The notes under the pieces are model-generated. The model saw nothing but the letters and a program-made list of their open reading frames with translations. It was not told the origin of the DNA and searched no databases. Positions 11,723 through 26,100 of a DNA stretch of 47,076 bases are shown piece after piece (position 1 is the first letter of the stretch; the number at the start of each line of letters is the position of its first letter). Made by a program: the position numbers and the translations under genes. This DNA is from Catajapyx aquilonaris (Eukaryota). The stretch is from contig JYFJ02003040.1 in the NCBI GenBank assembly GCA_000934665.2, forward strand, positions 1 through 47,076. The letters run 5' to 3'.

Positions 11723-12978
11723 GCAAATTTTCCGCCGAGATCCATAAAATTGATTCTGAGAACAGGGACGCGTGAATAATGAATGTGAAGAGGCTCCACC
11801 CTTCCTCGTCCCTTTTTTTCTCGCTTTTTCCTCTCCTCCTACCTCCTTATTGGAAACCCGTGGTTAAGGACCATTGCTTTCCAATCCACGTCGAGGACTC
11901 TATTGACCTCCCTGCTTCTCTTCAAAACCCAAGCTATACCCTATCCTCAAGATATCCCACCCCCTCTAGGCTCAGCCTGCTTTGGAAACAACAAAAGCAC
12001 ACGCGAGATAAACGGTAAATCAAGACTAAGCCCGGGAGATTGTCAGGCTTTGATTTACTTGGCACTAAATCTTAGGCCCGCCGGTGCCGGCTAAATCAAT
12101 TTTCAGGCTCTTGTAAACTAGAAGAGAGCTGAGGTTCCTACTTTGTAACGGCGATAACGCGTGCGATGAATCCTGCTTTTTAAATATATATTACACGCGA
12201 TTCGGGCACGTGCCGGCCATTTTTAAAGCCGTTTCTTAACTACAAAACTTGGAAACACCGCCCGGCCCGCTTCCCACTAGCAGGTGGCGCACAAGCTCCC
12301 TCTTTGGACACTGCTGCCGCTATCGGGGGGAAAGTAGCACTACATGCCCATTGGAGATGAGTCATCCTAGACAGACACATTCTCGTATATAGCCAATTAT
12401 ATATAAGATGGTCACTATTTGGTTCTAGCTTTTGAACATGCCCAACTTGATTCGTCCTATATAGGATTGAGTGCATGGAGATGCTCTGAAGGATTTGAAT
12501 TGGAGGACAGCCTTTGCTTCTCCTTCCTTCATTATAACTCACCTGAGAGCTTGAGACTTTATTTTTGTGCGGACGGTCGTCTGGTTTGTGGTCGGAAGGG
12601 GAAATATGGGAAATGGCGGAGTGTATGTCCCTCGGGTTCTCTTTGGGGGGCCCTGGTTTCGAGGAAGCTTTAGCAGTATACTACGCAGAAACTTGTCCAC
12701 AAAGGAGAAAGGCTTTCCAGATCTCTAGGCTTTGCTCGGTGAATAGATCCCACTGGGGTGGTGTTATACGAGTTATATACAAGCTGCCTTTCGGAAAGGG
12801 AAGGAATGAGCCCAGCCGGGGGAGAGTAGTACTGCAGGATTTCCTGACCTTTGCAGTTTCCCGCAACGTTCAAACGAAAACCGGCCAAGAGATGTTTGTG
12901 TGCATGGATTTCGGTTGGGAAAGGAAAATGGTTGAGGATGCTGCCTAGGCCAGGCTCATCTTCAAGACTAGGCCGGAT

Positions 12979-12980
<2 letters not shown>

Positions 12981-13013
<33 letters not shown>
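12981..13013. repeat. (GA)16 microsatellite
   Basis: Direct reading. Confidence 0.95.
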
Positions 13014-13016
<3 letters not shown>

Positions 13017-16000
13017 ATAGGTAGACCATGCCATGCCATGATGGTCCAGGGACAAGTGCTGTTAGGAAGCTGAGAAGCATATGCAGAGTACACTTCTCAT
13101 ACCTTGTTAACGGTCTTTAGATGTTCGGTCGCGTAGCACGAGAGAGCCTTCGTGAATTAAGTACAAAACTACTTGGAAACTAAGATGCGGATGCGGATTC
13201 TTGAATGTGTACTTGAAAGCTTGGTGATTGCATATATCTTAGCCGTCGAGTACTTCACTTTACATATGTTTCAGCATTAAATTTGGGCGAGTTACGGGCA
13301 TTGCTTATTAACATGTTTAACTAAGTTTCGTGTCTCGCACAGTATATCCAACTGAATCTCTAATTAACTAAATATTTTGCTTACAGAAGTACTTGAAATG
13401 CCGCTTCTGCTCTGTAGAGCAATTATTTACAGCAAATCCCTGCGCAATTTTGCTCGAGAGCATCAATTTGTAATATCATATGAGACCCCGGAAAAACCTG
13501 AGGGCAAGACGAGAACTGCATTACTATTTTTATCCGGGAAGAAGAGGGTAAATCTGCCCCGGACTCTGTATAGCTGTACAAGGATAAGATGATCTCAGGG
13601 GCTGAGAGTCCTCCAAAATGAGCGATGAATATTAAATTTCAGGGCTTTCAGTATTTGTACTCCCAGTCATCTGCGCAAGAGGGCAATACCCGGGCTCTCA
13701 GAAGTGTTATCATTTGCCGGCACACAAAGGCCGGTATCATGACGATCACAGAGCAATTTCCTGCCTTATATGGCAACAACTGTTGCAACTAAATTCTGAT
13801 TGTTCTGCCAGAGTGAGGCGTAATTTTATGCCACACTTTCCAGTGAGATTCGTAATAGCCAAAATCACAGCCCCTTTTCTCCTGGACTATCACTTACACC
13901 TTTTTTTTTAAAAAAAAAACATGACCATTCAAGACAATGTCTGGTCCAGACTTTTTAATGCGCAGAATTTCCAGGGGAGAACGACCTTCCTGATAACTCT
14001 CATTGCAGGTGATACCTAGCAAGCGAGGTGACTTTATCCGACCGTTTTTCCAACGCCCATAAAAAAGCAGGTACTTGGCCCCCATCGCGACGAAGCCACA
14101 CTCTTTTGTCTGAAACTGACTTTTTTGGGAGGAAGCATCGCAAACCGCCTCAAGCCTCGTAAAGATAATAAATGAAAAGGAGATAACCTTCCCCCGATTC
14201 TCTATTGCACCCACGCCCCTATCTGAACAAGACCCAACTTTTTTTTATAAAGGTGTTGGACTTTCACAATAGTATATTCCAAACGCGCTTATCGCCAAGC
14301 CTCTTAAAAAATTTCCTTTCATATAAAAAATGCTAGATTGTAGTCTAGAGGTGAATTTTGCGTGAGAGGTGGTGCAGATGTGTCCTGGAAATTCGCCTGT
14401 TTCTGGGGGTTGTAAAGCCCAATGGATTCGGGGCTCTCGGAATTAATTGCGAGGATTTGTCAGGGACTTGACTAGTCTTCCGCACCGCTTTCTGTCTTGC
14501 GGCGAGATGGTTTTTCATCGCACGCTAATGGCCCCAGCGGAGGATTTATCAAGCATTATCTGTTGACGGTTGTGTGCCAAGGTGTCTTAATATTTTTGTT
14601 GTTGTTCAAGATGGTCCAACACTTTTAAGGTATTAAACTGGCTGGATTTGTCCTGAGAGCAACATCGGCACAGATTTCCTGCAAAATCGTCAATCATAGG
14701 AGATGGAGAGGTTTCTGGCCTGGCTTTTCTCCTGGGTCTTTCCGGGGTTCAAACCGCACTTCCCATGACCGGAACCGCGGCCGTGTTCAACTCACAGGCT
14801 GATATTGGCAACCGGAGGAAGGGAAACACCAGAAAATCCAGGCCTGGGCTTTATTGCAAAATTCTTGCGGAGATCTGCCGGACTTGCAACACATATATCC
14901 TCGGCTGGGTATAATTTCTCGTGCTGAAGGATTAAACGTAGCGTGCTTTCTTCCCCCGAGAGAAAACCCAGGGGTGGGTAACCCAAGGCGCCTGCACCTG
15001 CTGGGTTACCATGACCTCAGATAATGAAAGGAATTTGTATCACTACGTTGGTCGTAGAATGAAGCAACTCGGAAGACTGATTTAAGCTTTCTCGCTCCGT
15101 TGCTGGAGTTACTATTATCTTCTCCTTATCCTCTAACTTATGCAATTACCCGGAGTCAACTTGGGGAGAAAGTCAGCCGGGCTTGAAAATTGCTGGGAGG
15201 CTAAGGGTGAGACTCGGTGCATCTTAATTATCTTTGAGAGAAAGCCTATGGTTCAGGATAGGCGGCAACATGGAGTCTATATGAAGTCGGGTTTATTGCA
15301 AAAGATAAAACGTCACATTGCGGGTTGTTTTATGGATTGTTCATTTAAAGATTACAAACATTAACTGTGTGACACTTTGGATGATCTCGTCACGAGCGCC
15401 GAATTTATTGTAAACATAAATCACTGACCGCTACACGTGGCATCATTCAGCAACGATGTCATTCACTGCCATGGACATATGTTAAATCAAAATCGCGGGG
15501 ATACATGTTGAGTACCTGTCGCAAATGCCGTTTGACGCGGACTGGCCATTAAACCAGGAGGCTCCCGGTCACTAACCTCACCTAAATATCTACTAAACAA
15601 CACTTGCAGGGGAAAAAACACGTCACTTAGCACTGCTATAGGTACACGAATTTAACTGCTTATCTACAACCAGAGCAGCGATGATTTACATGGGCAGTTA
15701 TTTTTTAACGACAGGGCCGGTTTCAATAGGTTTCGCAACTTTCTATTCACACAGACTTAGCTGGGTAAACACGTAGTGCCCCGAGGCTAATGCTTAAGGG
15801 CATGAAGCCAATGCGGCGCACCCTTCACATACGCGAACAAATAGCTTTCATATTGCCAGATAATGCTGAATTATGGTGGAGATTTTATGCGCGTGTTGGT
15901 CATATTGTACTCGTTTATGGCAGAGATATGTTCGGTGTAGGAACGCTTCACGGTCAACTGAAAACAGTTGACATGAACCTCCAGCGTTGGATAGAAAGTA

Positions 16001-19000
16001 TAAAAGGGGAATAATGCTATCATATAACGGCCGTTAGCTCATGGGAGCGAAACATATTCCGTTTGGCATGTAGAGGCCGACCCAGAGGAAGAGAACGACG
16101 CGTTGGCGTCGACCAGGAAAAAAAAATACGGGTCGTAAAATTTGCACGTGCAGGGACATTGAGTTTTTTTTCCTACAATTTTTTGGGTGGTTTCAGGCAG
16201 GACGAAAAGATTCTCCTCAGACCCAAATTCCCACCGAGGTGGGGGTTTTAAACTGTCTTTCTCGGCGTAACGTCTCCTTTTATTCCACCTTTCCCGCCGT
16301 AAACTGCTCCGGTTTTCCTGCCAAAAGTATTAAAGAACCATAGACTTATGTACGGTCTAATGCCTCTCTTTTTTTGGGTCGACCTTTCATAACTTTTTTG
16401 ATTGGAGGTCGTTGCGTCAGGGAAGAAGCCTGCATCTTTTTGCATGGACTGGAGATAAGGATGTGGGAGGAATTATGGAACAATGGTGAAGGATTTATAT
16501 CCGGAAGCAATGAAGACAATTGAAGTTTGGTGATTGTTCCAGACGGATGCAATTAAAGATGTTTAAAAAACCTAGATATGTAGCACAAAAAAGGCCACAG
16601 TTTTGTATAAGTAACGACCTGAGCTGTATTTCATAGGATGAGCTTAAGGATTCGCAGGATTATGCCCCATAATTTTCCGGATATTGCGACAAGAGCACAC
16701 AAAGTACGACCCTTTCTAGATCCCACAATGTTGATTTATACCGACTGACACCACAGAGACAGCAACTACATGGCCCCGTGCGAACCCGAGTAAAAGGGAG
16801 GGTTTTCCAGTAAAATCGAGCCTCAATGAACCTCTCAAAGTAGACGCAATGAACTTCTCCGGAGATGGAAAGGAGCAGCAATAAATTGTCGCAGCTGCGG
16901 AGGATTCCATCCACGGACATTCCGCGACATCAAGACTTATTATCCCAATCTGTTTTCGCGGCCAGACTTCTCCCTTGCCAGCCTTGTTCTGATAATTCTT
17001 ATAATTTCGGGGGAAAAAATATTTGGCTGAAAATGTGCCAGTGCACTGAAGGGATTTTTGATCCAAATAAAGCGCATACGTCACTCTTCGCATCCGTCCC
17101 ATTTTTTCTTCTCCTTTCTTGAAATCCACAGTCTTCTTTGGCAAATTAGGATTAGGCAGTGGGAAGGGGCTCTGGGGGGCACTCCTTTTCCGTGTGCATT
17201 CAATATTCCATTCTGGGCCAGGCAGTTGAGCCTCCTCCAGCTAGGAGCAAAGCCTTTAGTTTATTCATCCGAATTCCTTTCGTTAGCGTCCCACTGCTCC
17301 TTGAGAGAAGTCTTTTTTTATAGAGTGACTGTCAGTGGCGAAAGACGTCTGATGATGGCCTATTCAGTGGCCCCAAAAATAAGTGAGACCTCAGGGCCGT
17401 TTTCGTGACCTGTACTTCATTGGGTTTTCTGAGGAGAAAAGCAGGACAGGAGTTGGTGGGAATGGATGCAGGTGGGCCTCTTGGTGCGAATGAACAGCCC
17501 GGGGAAAAGAGAAGGCTAGTCTCTCATCATCCTGATGACCTCGGGTCCGATTTTATGTAGTCAACACCGCTGTAATGAGCATCATCGGGAAGCATGCAAG
17601 TCTGGAAAGCAAACAGAGTCGACCACGTCAATCTCGTTATAACTTGGTTTCCTCCCGTGCACTCCATTGTCTGTCACTCGGTTGGCCTGAAGGTTCCCCC
17701 ATTCTGCTCCACTACAAGGAAGGATTTCCTCGGGAGGCTCCAGCTTCCCACTCTCCACAAGGGCCTTGGACACTTTAATCAGACGGAATTAGGCCATTAA
17801 GGAAAGACAGTCTCCTAACTTCATATTCCCCACCCCCCAGAAAAGCCTCCAGACTAGCATTTGTCCCCGGAAGCGCCAAACTCGAAATAAGACACTGTAG
17901 GGCTCCGAGAGAGAACAAGAGGCTTGGCTGACTGGTCCCCTGGAGATGATTCACATCCTTCAGTGTAGCACCGCGTTGTTCCCCCTACCAACCCCAGGCA
18001 GCAGCCAACGCATTTTACCTGGCTTTTGCTCCCAGGCAGAAATTGCTTTTCAGACTGCCAAAGGAACAAGGGGACCCGGGCAGAATCGCGTGTCTAATTG
18101 CGAGGTTTGCCGACACGTTGGATTATCTGGGGGCATACCTTTCCAACAGAGCAGGAGTCGTGTGACTTATTGCCTGCCAGTTAAATCCGGGGTCTACTCA
18201 GCCATTTTTTTGTATAGTATAAAATTAATATACTTTGTGCAAATGAATATAAGGAGAAAGTTTCTTCGCGTTAAGGGAGCAGCCGCTTTTACCTGAGCCA
18301 CCAAAATGCGCTGGCATGTTTACCCTTTTTCGCTCCTTACGCCGCTGCTTTGATAACCGGAAAAGCGAAGAGTGCACATGAGCAAAACAAACAAGCCGCG
18401 GTTTAGGCTCGTATTGATGTTCCCCAGGCAAAGTTTTGATGAGTGGAAGCTTTCTCCTGTGCGTGAGGAGGAATTAGGCCACCTTTTTTGCATATGCTTT
18501 TTTGGCAGCCGATGATGTGCAGGAGTATAGCCCCTCGAAGGCTGCGATATCGCTCTTTTGTCTCCTTCAACATTTTCTTCGCCATATATTTTTTCGGGCC
18601 TTCAAGAGGCTCCGGTAATAACGGTGAGAAATGAAACTCGGGGGAGTTCATCGCTGTTTCCGTCATAATTAAAATAGGAAGATTTAGCCCCTTCAGATCA
18701 ATAAAAAGGACGACACTAAAGGCCAGGTTATGGCTCCATGGCCTTCCCCCAGTCAAGACAACTTCATTCCTGCCAGCATTATCAATATAAAGCGAGCCCG
18801 GAGCTGAATCAAAAGCCGTAAAGTTGGCTGGGGCCGTAAATGGAGCAGGTTGCTGGCTGCGGGATAAAACTTTAAAAAAAAGAAGGGGGTCTGACCTCTG
18901 TCCAACCATCAGACTTGACCTCTTTTCTTCAATATTTGGCCCAGGTTTTCGCCTATTTGGCGGGATCAACTGGTATTGATGCAGCCGAGAAGACGCGTAA

Positions 19001-20114
19001 TCAAATATGCAATTATGAAGGGAACTCATGCCGAAAGACCGTCTCTCAATTCCGTTTACAGTCAGGGAAGCCGGAAGGATATTTCCATTATCGATATTTT
19101 TGGTCAATAATATTTTTAGAGATTTAGCTGTGTACATTGTTGTAAGGATATTTTGATAGTGCTATTTTCGCTAGTTGACTGCCTGTGGCTTCAGTTATTA
19201 TTGCAACATGCTGTGTAGTGACACTGTAATTGGAACGCTGATTATGTTATTTACTCAGGAACTGCTTCTGCTGGATTGCATTATTATATGCGCTGTATAA
19301 TCTGGCGCGTAATTGTCTGCATGTGACAGTTCAGGTATAGTGCATGAAAGTACACACCATATTGCACTGCGTGGCATGGGCATTTATGATTTATAATAAT
19401 ATTGTACAATCCCGTTATATAGATGATATTTTGCATTTCATGTGAGGCTACCGAAACAATCAATTAGCGAAGAAAATGTTGTAAAATATTTTTCATGTAG
19501 TCGCTGCATCACATTTTATTGTTGCAGGAGGCCTGTCACATTGCAAATTATATTATGCATATATGTATATTTTATTTATATATTGCTTATTAATTTACCA
19601 TTCGAAATGAGGGGCACATTTTGCAGAACTGGTATTGCACTTGATGCAAGAATGTCCTGCAGCAGGAATGATGTCGATATGGCAGTTGCATGTGGTTCTC
19701 TTCCCATAGTCTCTCTGGATCATTTACTTTCCGAATTTCAACAATGGCTTATTCGAAAGCATCAACTCAGTGCGGTCAGTGGATCTCTGGGCATTGAAGC
19801 GGATGAACTTCCCATAGTACAGTGCAAAAGTTTGATGTTTTTGAAAAACAGACAATATCGGCATACTCAACATAAATATTCATCCAGAATGGCTTCTTAT
19901 TGTTGATAATGTTAGTTTTTCGTGCGCTCCACCGCTGCGCTGATTAGATAATATAATATAGTTCTTGGGTGCATAATCTAAAACAAGCTAATTTTGCAAA
20001 GCGTATAGTTTGTTATTTAAACGCGTTACATGCTGATAATTATTTTGTTTTCAGGAAAGAATCGTAGCAGTGTATACAGTACAGTACTCCATACATGCAC
20101 TATACTTGTAAAGT

Positions 20115-20190
20115 AGTGCAGCAGCTTCATGAAATCATATTAACTACCACTATAGTGGTACTTAATATGATTTCATGAAGCTGCTGCACT
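20115..20190. repeat. 76-bp near-perfect spacerless palindrome
   Basis: AGTGCAGCAGCTTCATGAAATCATATTAACTACCACTA|TAGTGGTACTTAATATGATTTCATGAAGCTGCTGCACT: 38-bp arms, one C:C mismatch, no spacer. Confidence 0.95.
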
Positions 20191-23100
20191 TCAGATAAAT
20201 CAAAATATGACATCCTCATTCATGAATAATTATAATGTAGTACAATATGTTATTAATTTTCACCGGTTATCTAGATATTACTTATAACACCATTGGAGTA
20301 ATATGAATACGAGACCATAAGCAAAGTAAATATGAATGAAAGCAACCTTGTTGCCGGATATAACTTGTGTTCAAATATTATTGCAGCCTCCTTTTATATA
20401 CATTGTTGCATGCAGTACCGCCAGTTACAGGCCCTTTGTCAGTAGAGATTCACTGTAGAGTGTGACGGTCACGCTAGGAGTGACGCTTATGGAGTTACGG
20501 TGTGATTATGCAGTTTAAAATCAGTAGTAAAAAAATCCTCCTGCACATGTGAGTCATGATAATATTATATCATGCTTATTGGACACCTGCACGGATTACA
20601 GTAGAATTATCATGAAACATTAGGCTACTTAAACCTGTTCTGTTCAGAGATAATGAATGAATTCCATTTGTACATATCAGAGGACAAGATGTTTTATTTT
20701 TGATAAGCTCCTTTCAACTTTTCAGGATATGATGGTTCAAGGGTAGCGTCATTGTGCGGTGACATTAACGACATAAGAATTTTATTCACTTCTCAGTCCT
20801 AATCCTAATAATACATCACCTGCCGTTTTTAGCGTGTATTATTCAAAGAGCCTGCATGATTAAATCTCATTTACCATACCGAATTTAGGTGTGCACATCA
20901 CTGCACAGAGTTAACAGAGACATGATGATTAATTATTCACGAAACATGATCTGCTGTGATTGACTTCGAGCGTGTACGCATGCGATTTACTCTGGAATAT
21001 TTGACCGCGCTTCATGATTTTTACATGATTGTTGCCAATAATCCTTTTGTACACCGTGGGCATATACAGGTTTGAGGGATATGATGCTGAATATTGGCAT
21101 AGCATTCTGCACAGGAAATCGATTCTAATTACGGGATTATTGATGTTTTCCCAAATGATTACTGAGGCAAGAGCTGCAAATTACATAATTCGGTCAAGGG
21201 TATATGCCTATAGAAATCATTCATTTCATTACTTTGCTCCTGACGTCATCCCGGAGAGAGAAAATCCCAGTTACAACCCTGATTACGAGTAGTTGTAGCT
21301 CATAAACAGCTACTATCAGATGTGAGTTGTGGGATTTCGGTCCTGAACTTGGCAGAAGTGCTTGGCGCCCCCAAAATTAGTTGCTCTGGCGAGCCAGGGG
21401 AAATTAATCAGTTACTTATCGATGAGAGCTAAGGGGGGTATTAGTGGTTTCGGTACCCGGAATTTTCGGAGAAAGATATACACAAACGGGGTCGTATTTC
21501 TCCTCGGAAGCTGTTGCATCAGTTAGGCCGATTTATGATCAATATCGGGGCCCCAGCTCTCTTTGACAACAAACGAATCGTTTTACGATTGGAAAATTAT
21601 GGTTTAGTTACATCAGCTCTGCTGCTCCCAATTTATCCGAGGGCCGAATTTTGGCGTCGTAACAGAATTTTTTGAGTGTAACCTGACACCATGTCTGTCC
21701 CCAAAGTTAGCTCAAGAATCGATTCCTCAAACTTCCCCCAAGTTTTTTGACAGTTTGATGAAAAACCTTCCTTCTCTCCTGGTACATTAGAGGTCGGGTC
21801 TGGCCAGGCCGCTGAGGATAATTAAATTGCAAGTATGGACCTTGTTGTATTTACCAGCAGAGGCGGCGGCCCACTTTGCAAAGTTGTAACCGGAGAGTTA
21901 TCTCATCCTAAAGTTTGAGAGACTGGCGAGAGGATCATATCCCCCCGGTTTGTGTGCGACAAAACCGCGTCGATTCAGATGTGTACAAAAGCAGGGTTTG
22001 AATCTGTTTCGAACCAGGAGAGTTGCTTTCAAATATTCGCGTCAGGGCCACTTGACTGTGTTTCAAAGTCTAGAGGCAGCATTAATTAGAACCAGAATCG
22101 CGGTTGAGTCGGGTAGAGATAATTAAAAATCAATTCTAGAGCAAAGCATTTTCCTTTCCCTGATATCCCGAGCTCCAACCCTCATTTTTGACCTTAGATG
22201 CCTTTTCATGCGTGATTTCGCACAATTATGGGCCGGCTTGCTTGACTTCATGCATGCAAATTCGGTCCGGCCTGCTGCGTTTAAAGCGTAATCAGACCCC
22301 TGTGTTTTAGTAATCATTTTGGCCTCCCTTTGAGTCCTGGCTGGGAGCATTTCCATATTTGCGATGGTGAAGAATACTGGTCGTGTTTAATCAAAAACTG
22401 ATACACCGAATTGGTAGTTAGGTATGCGTGAAATTATTTCTGCTATGCTGCGGGCTATGTGTGCTTCCAGGGGTCGGGTGTATTTGAACACGATGCCCAC
22501 GTCAAAATAATTAATACTCGACTGATATAATATGAAATCGCGCATAATGGTACTTGGAAATGATTAAAGTGTTTGCATAGTTGCCAAAAGTGTATGCGAA
22601 GCCCTCTGAAATGCACTTGCCGACATTATTGAGCTAATTATGTATACCGTCTGGGCCAGACGATTGCTCCATAATATTTGGAACTGTGTATAGAAATATT
22701 GCCATGTATTTAGCGGTTAACAGATGACCTGTGCAGCAGAGTTGATTAAAATTATCATTATGACAATAAGTTCCAACTTACGTGGCTTCAACCTTCGTAG
22801 ATTCCGATTTACGTAGTCTCTACATACGTAGCCCCGTACTGTACGTAAAAATATCCGACTCACGCAAAAAATGTACAGAATTTACCAAAGCGGTGAGTGG
22901 AATTCCGAAACCACAACACAGGTCTCAGGATCTTTGCCAAGATGACCTTATAAATATTAGAAGTTAGTCATGGTACCGGTGTTCGTTCTAAAAACTATAG
23001 TCGTAATATTTGATCAAAATTATGGCAAATTAAATTCGGACTCGGTGCTTTATGCCCGAGACAGACAAACAAGCAGGACTGTTCCTTTTATACGCGGTCT

Positions 23101-26100
23101 CGGAGAGATTATCCCACGAGCCGCTGGGCGATTAAAGTTGTCACATGAGAAGGAACATGAAGCACCGGGGGTTTAGGTCTTCCGCGACACGTGTCCCAGA
23201 GGAAATAACACGCCCCCGCACTTAATTTTACTTTTCGCGTCATTACTCCCTAGGCCGTAAAAACGTCCTCAGGAATTCGGCCACAAACGCCCTTTTATTT
23301 TATTCCCACCTATATACAGTCCTCTCCTACTTTCAATTTCGACTCAGGTCGACGAGCGCTTAAAACGCTAATCTCACACGCGCCCTTCCCTCATCACGCG
23401 TACTTAACGGACGATTTCTTTCCATCATTAGGGTGACAATTTTCCAGGGGAATCCAAACTCCCCGACACTTTGTAGCTAAAACCCACGGCTTAATTATAA
23501 CTTTGAGATAATGTTGGGAAGCGGGGAGCCCCCCCACAAAAGCGCGTGATTTCGCACACTTTTTTATAACTCGCGGAAACGCACACGTGTAATGGCTCCC
23601 TGCACGCACTTTAAAACCGGGCGCAGCCAACCGGTAGCTAATTAACTAGAGAGAAAATAATAATCGCGGCCTGATCGACGAAGGATAATAACCGCCAGGC
23701 TTATCATGTTTAATTTTCACATCACCGGGTGTTCTCATCTTGCTGGAGCCAAATTATGTGACAACAAGCCGGACCTCAACTTGGCACAAATTTTTAGGGC
23801 AAAATTCAGATATCGAACGCTTGTTTCCAAGCCTATCTATATACTCTTGTCATTCAAACCGTGCGCCAGATAAACAAGGTCTTTGAGGTTCTCTGAGCGG
23901 CATGGAAATTAATTAGTTGGAGTGGCTGTGAAAACGTGACTCTAATCTCACCTTGCCAGGAATGAATTTTCCCCCCAACCAGTTTCTACTGCCTGATCAT
24001 AATGCTTCGTATCACATGTATCGCGACAAGCGTGATTGAAATGTTATACTTGTTCGCTGGGGGCGTGTCTCTGTCTCTCGACTCGCAAATTAATAACTCC
24101 AGCAGAATGGATCGCAATTAAATGGCTGAGTTCTGAATCAGCCTGAATGTACAGCCCTCTGTTTCAATGACCTAGCTTGACGTTATACTTTTAAATACTC
24201 CTGGGTGTGACGATAACAAATGATTCACTGATATTCATTATGGCACTTCAGCTGTGATGAGATTGCCATTGCTGAAGAGCCCTCGTAAAACTCATCGCTC
24301 ACACTGCGGCTGAAATTATTAATTATGACGCGAGCTGGCGTATGCATTCTTATCCGTTTTATTTATTCCTGGTATTTACTCTGTAAACTCTGCGAATATC
24401 GACCTCTAATATAGTTCAACAACGATGAAACATTCAGGAAACAACTGTGTCCGAACTCATGCAACGGCAAATGGCTCGAGAACACTGGCCTGATATTTTG
24501 AAAACCGGGGCTAAGTCTCTCTCGTAAAAAGAGTGAATTTTTCAAAAAGGTAACTAGTGTGCAAGCGTTCAGCCTGCAGGTTAACTGCATAATCATGTTT
24601 GTCCTGCACGCTTTTGTTCACCGAAAAGGGTTATTTTTGCTCCTGTTTTCCGCTTACTTTGGGGCCATATTTGCATGATTAATATTATGCGTTCCCCTAG
24701 TAATCATGCGTTGCCTTTTCGGGAGGGAAAAGAGAAGGTAGCTAAAATGCGGGGTTGTAAATTTTGGAGACTCCTTTTTTCTCCCCCGCCATGTCAAAGT
24801 CGAGATTATATTTTTGTCGCGTGCACCGCATCCTATAAAACATTCATTACTAGACGCATTATTTTGTAGCTGGACGTGGATGATGCTATCATCTTGAGCT
24901 TGGGGCTATGCGGACAGACGTGCTCTTCATGGCTCATAATAGCCTGTGCCAAATTTCACGTCCAAAACCCATTTGACGCCATACAGATCGGACAGCCTGA
25001 TGTTGTGAGGGGAGGGAAGGGAGGCTGGGAATATATTACCAGTACATTGAAATCGCCGAGTATAAACATTCATTTTCTATGGGGACATGCCTGCCAGGCA
25101 TCGCATGGAAATTTTCATTTTTTAAAATCTATATTTAAATAAATAGGGAGCAAATATTTTCAATATATTATGGATTTTCAGGGATAGTGTGGGACCGGCC
25201 TAAAAAATTCGGGGTTTGAAAATGGGGTTGTGGTTTATGAGGGTGGAAAAACAGCACCCTGTGCCCCCAGGCATGATTTACGTTCCCAATGTGACGGCCT
25301 GCCGGCTAGAGATAGGCTCCAGCAGCACGCGTTGTCAAGTAACTGATTGGTATGATACGTATCGACGGCAGCGGCTCCATTATGGAGCTCGACAAACTGA
25401 TTATAAATCAGTTAATGTGGCAGAAAGAGTCATTAACACGGGTTTGTCTATACGCTTTTAATTTTCCAAAGCCAAATTGACTGTGGGACTCTTGTGAACC
25501 GTTTTGCACACAATTAAGGGATTTTTAGGAGTATCCTCCGACAATTTTGTCAACCCTTCAGGGCCTGTAAATGCCTCCTCGATCGCCTTCTCCTATGTTT
25601 GGGGTAGGGGGGTTTGGGTGCAGCCAACCGCATCCAAGGGGGTCCATTTATTACGAATAACCATCCACCCCACAATCCGGAGGAGATGGGCTCGTTTGCG
25701 GCGTGATGCTTCCGAATTTTTGAGGATAACTCAATCATCGAAGACGAGGAATCCGAAGCACGTACACTGCCAGACAAGACACTATATAAACTTTTGCTCG
25801 ATGACAATCTGCTTGTTGACTCAACGGAGACTAACCGGTTTAAGACAGGGTTTTTGATAAACATTTTTAAAATGATATTTCCAATGTTGGCAGCTTCTTC
25901 TATAATCTAATGCAATCAAATCTGACCCCTAGTGAAGCTTCGAAGGCAATAAGGGAACAGTTTTAGGTAAATCACATTAGTAGGTAGTTCACCCGTGTGC
26001 ACACGTGCGGTATCAATATTCTAGCTGTCCTTTGAAACGATCCACTGATGTGAAAGTTATGCCATGTATTAGCAAAGTTCCAACTTTTACTGCTAAATTT

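Noticed and set aside
18403..19137. 244-aa minus-strand ORF
   Set aside because: No recognisable motif, and no splice or codon-pattern support.
22573..22596. miR-153-like TTGCATAGTTGCCAAAAGTG
   Set aside because: It has several differences from the mature miRNA as I recall it, and no complementary arm to form a precursor hairpin.
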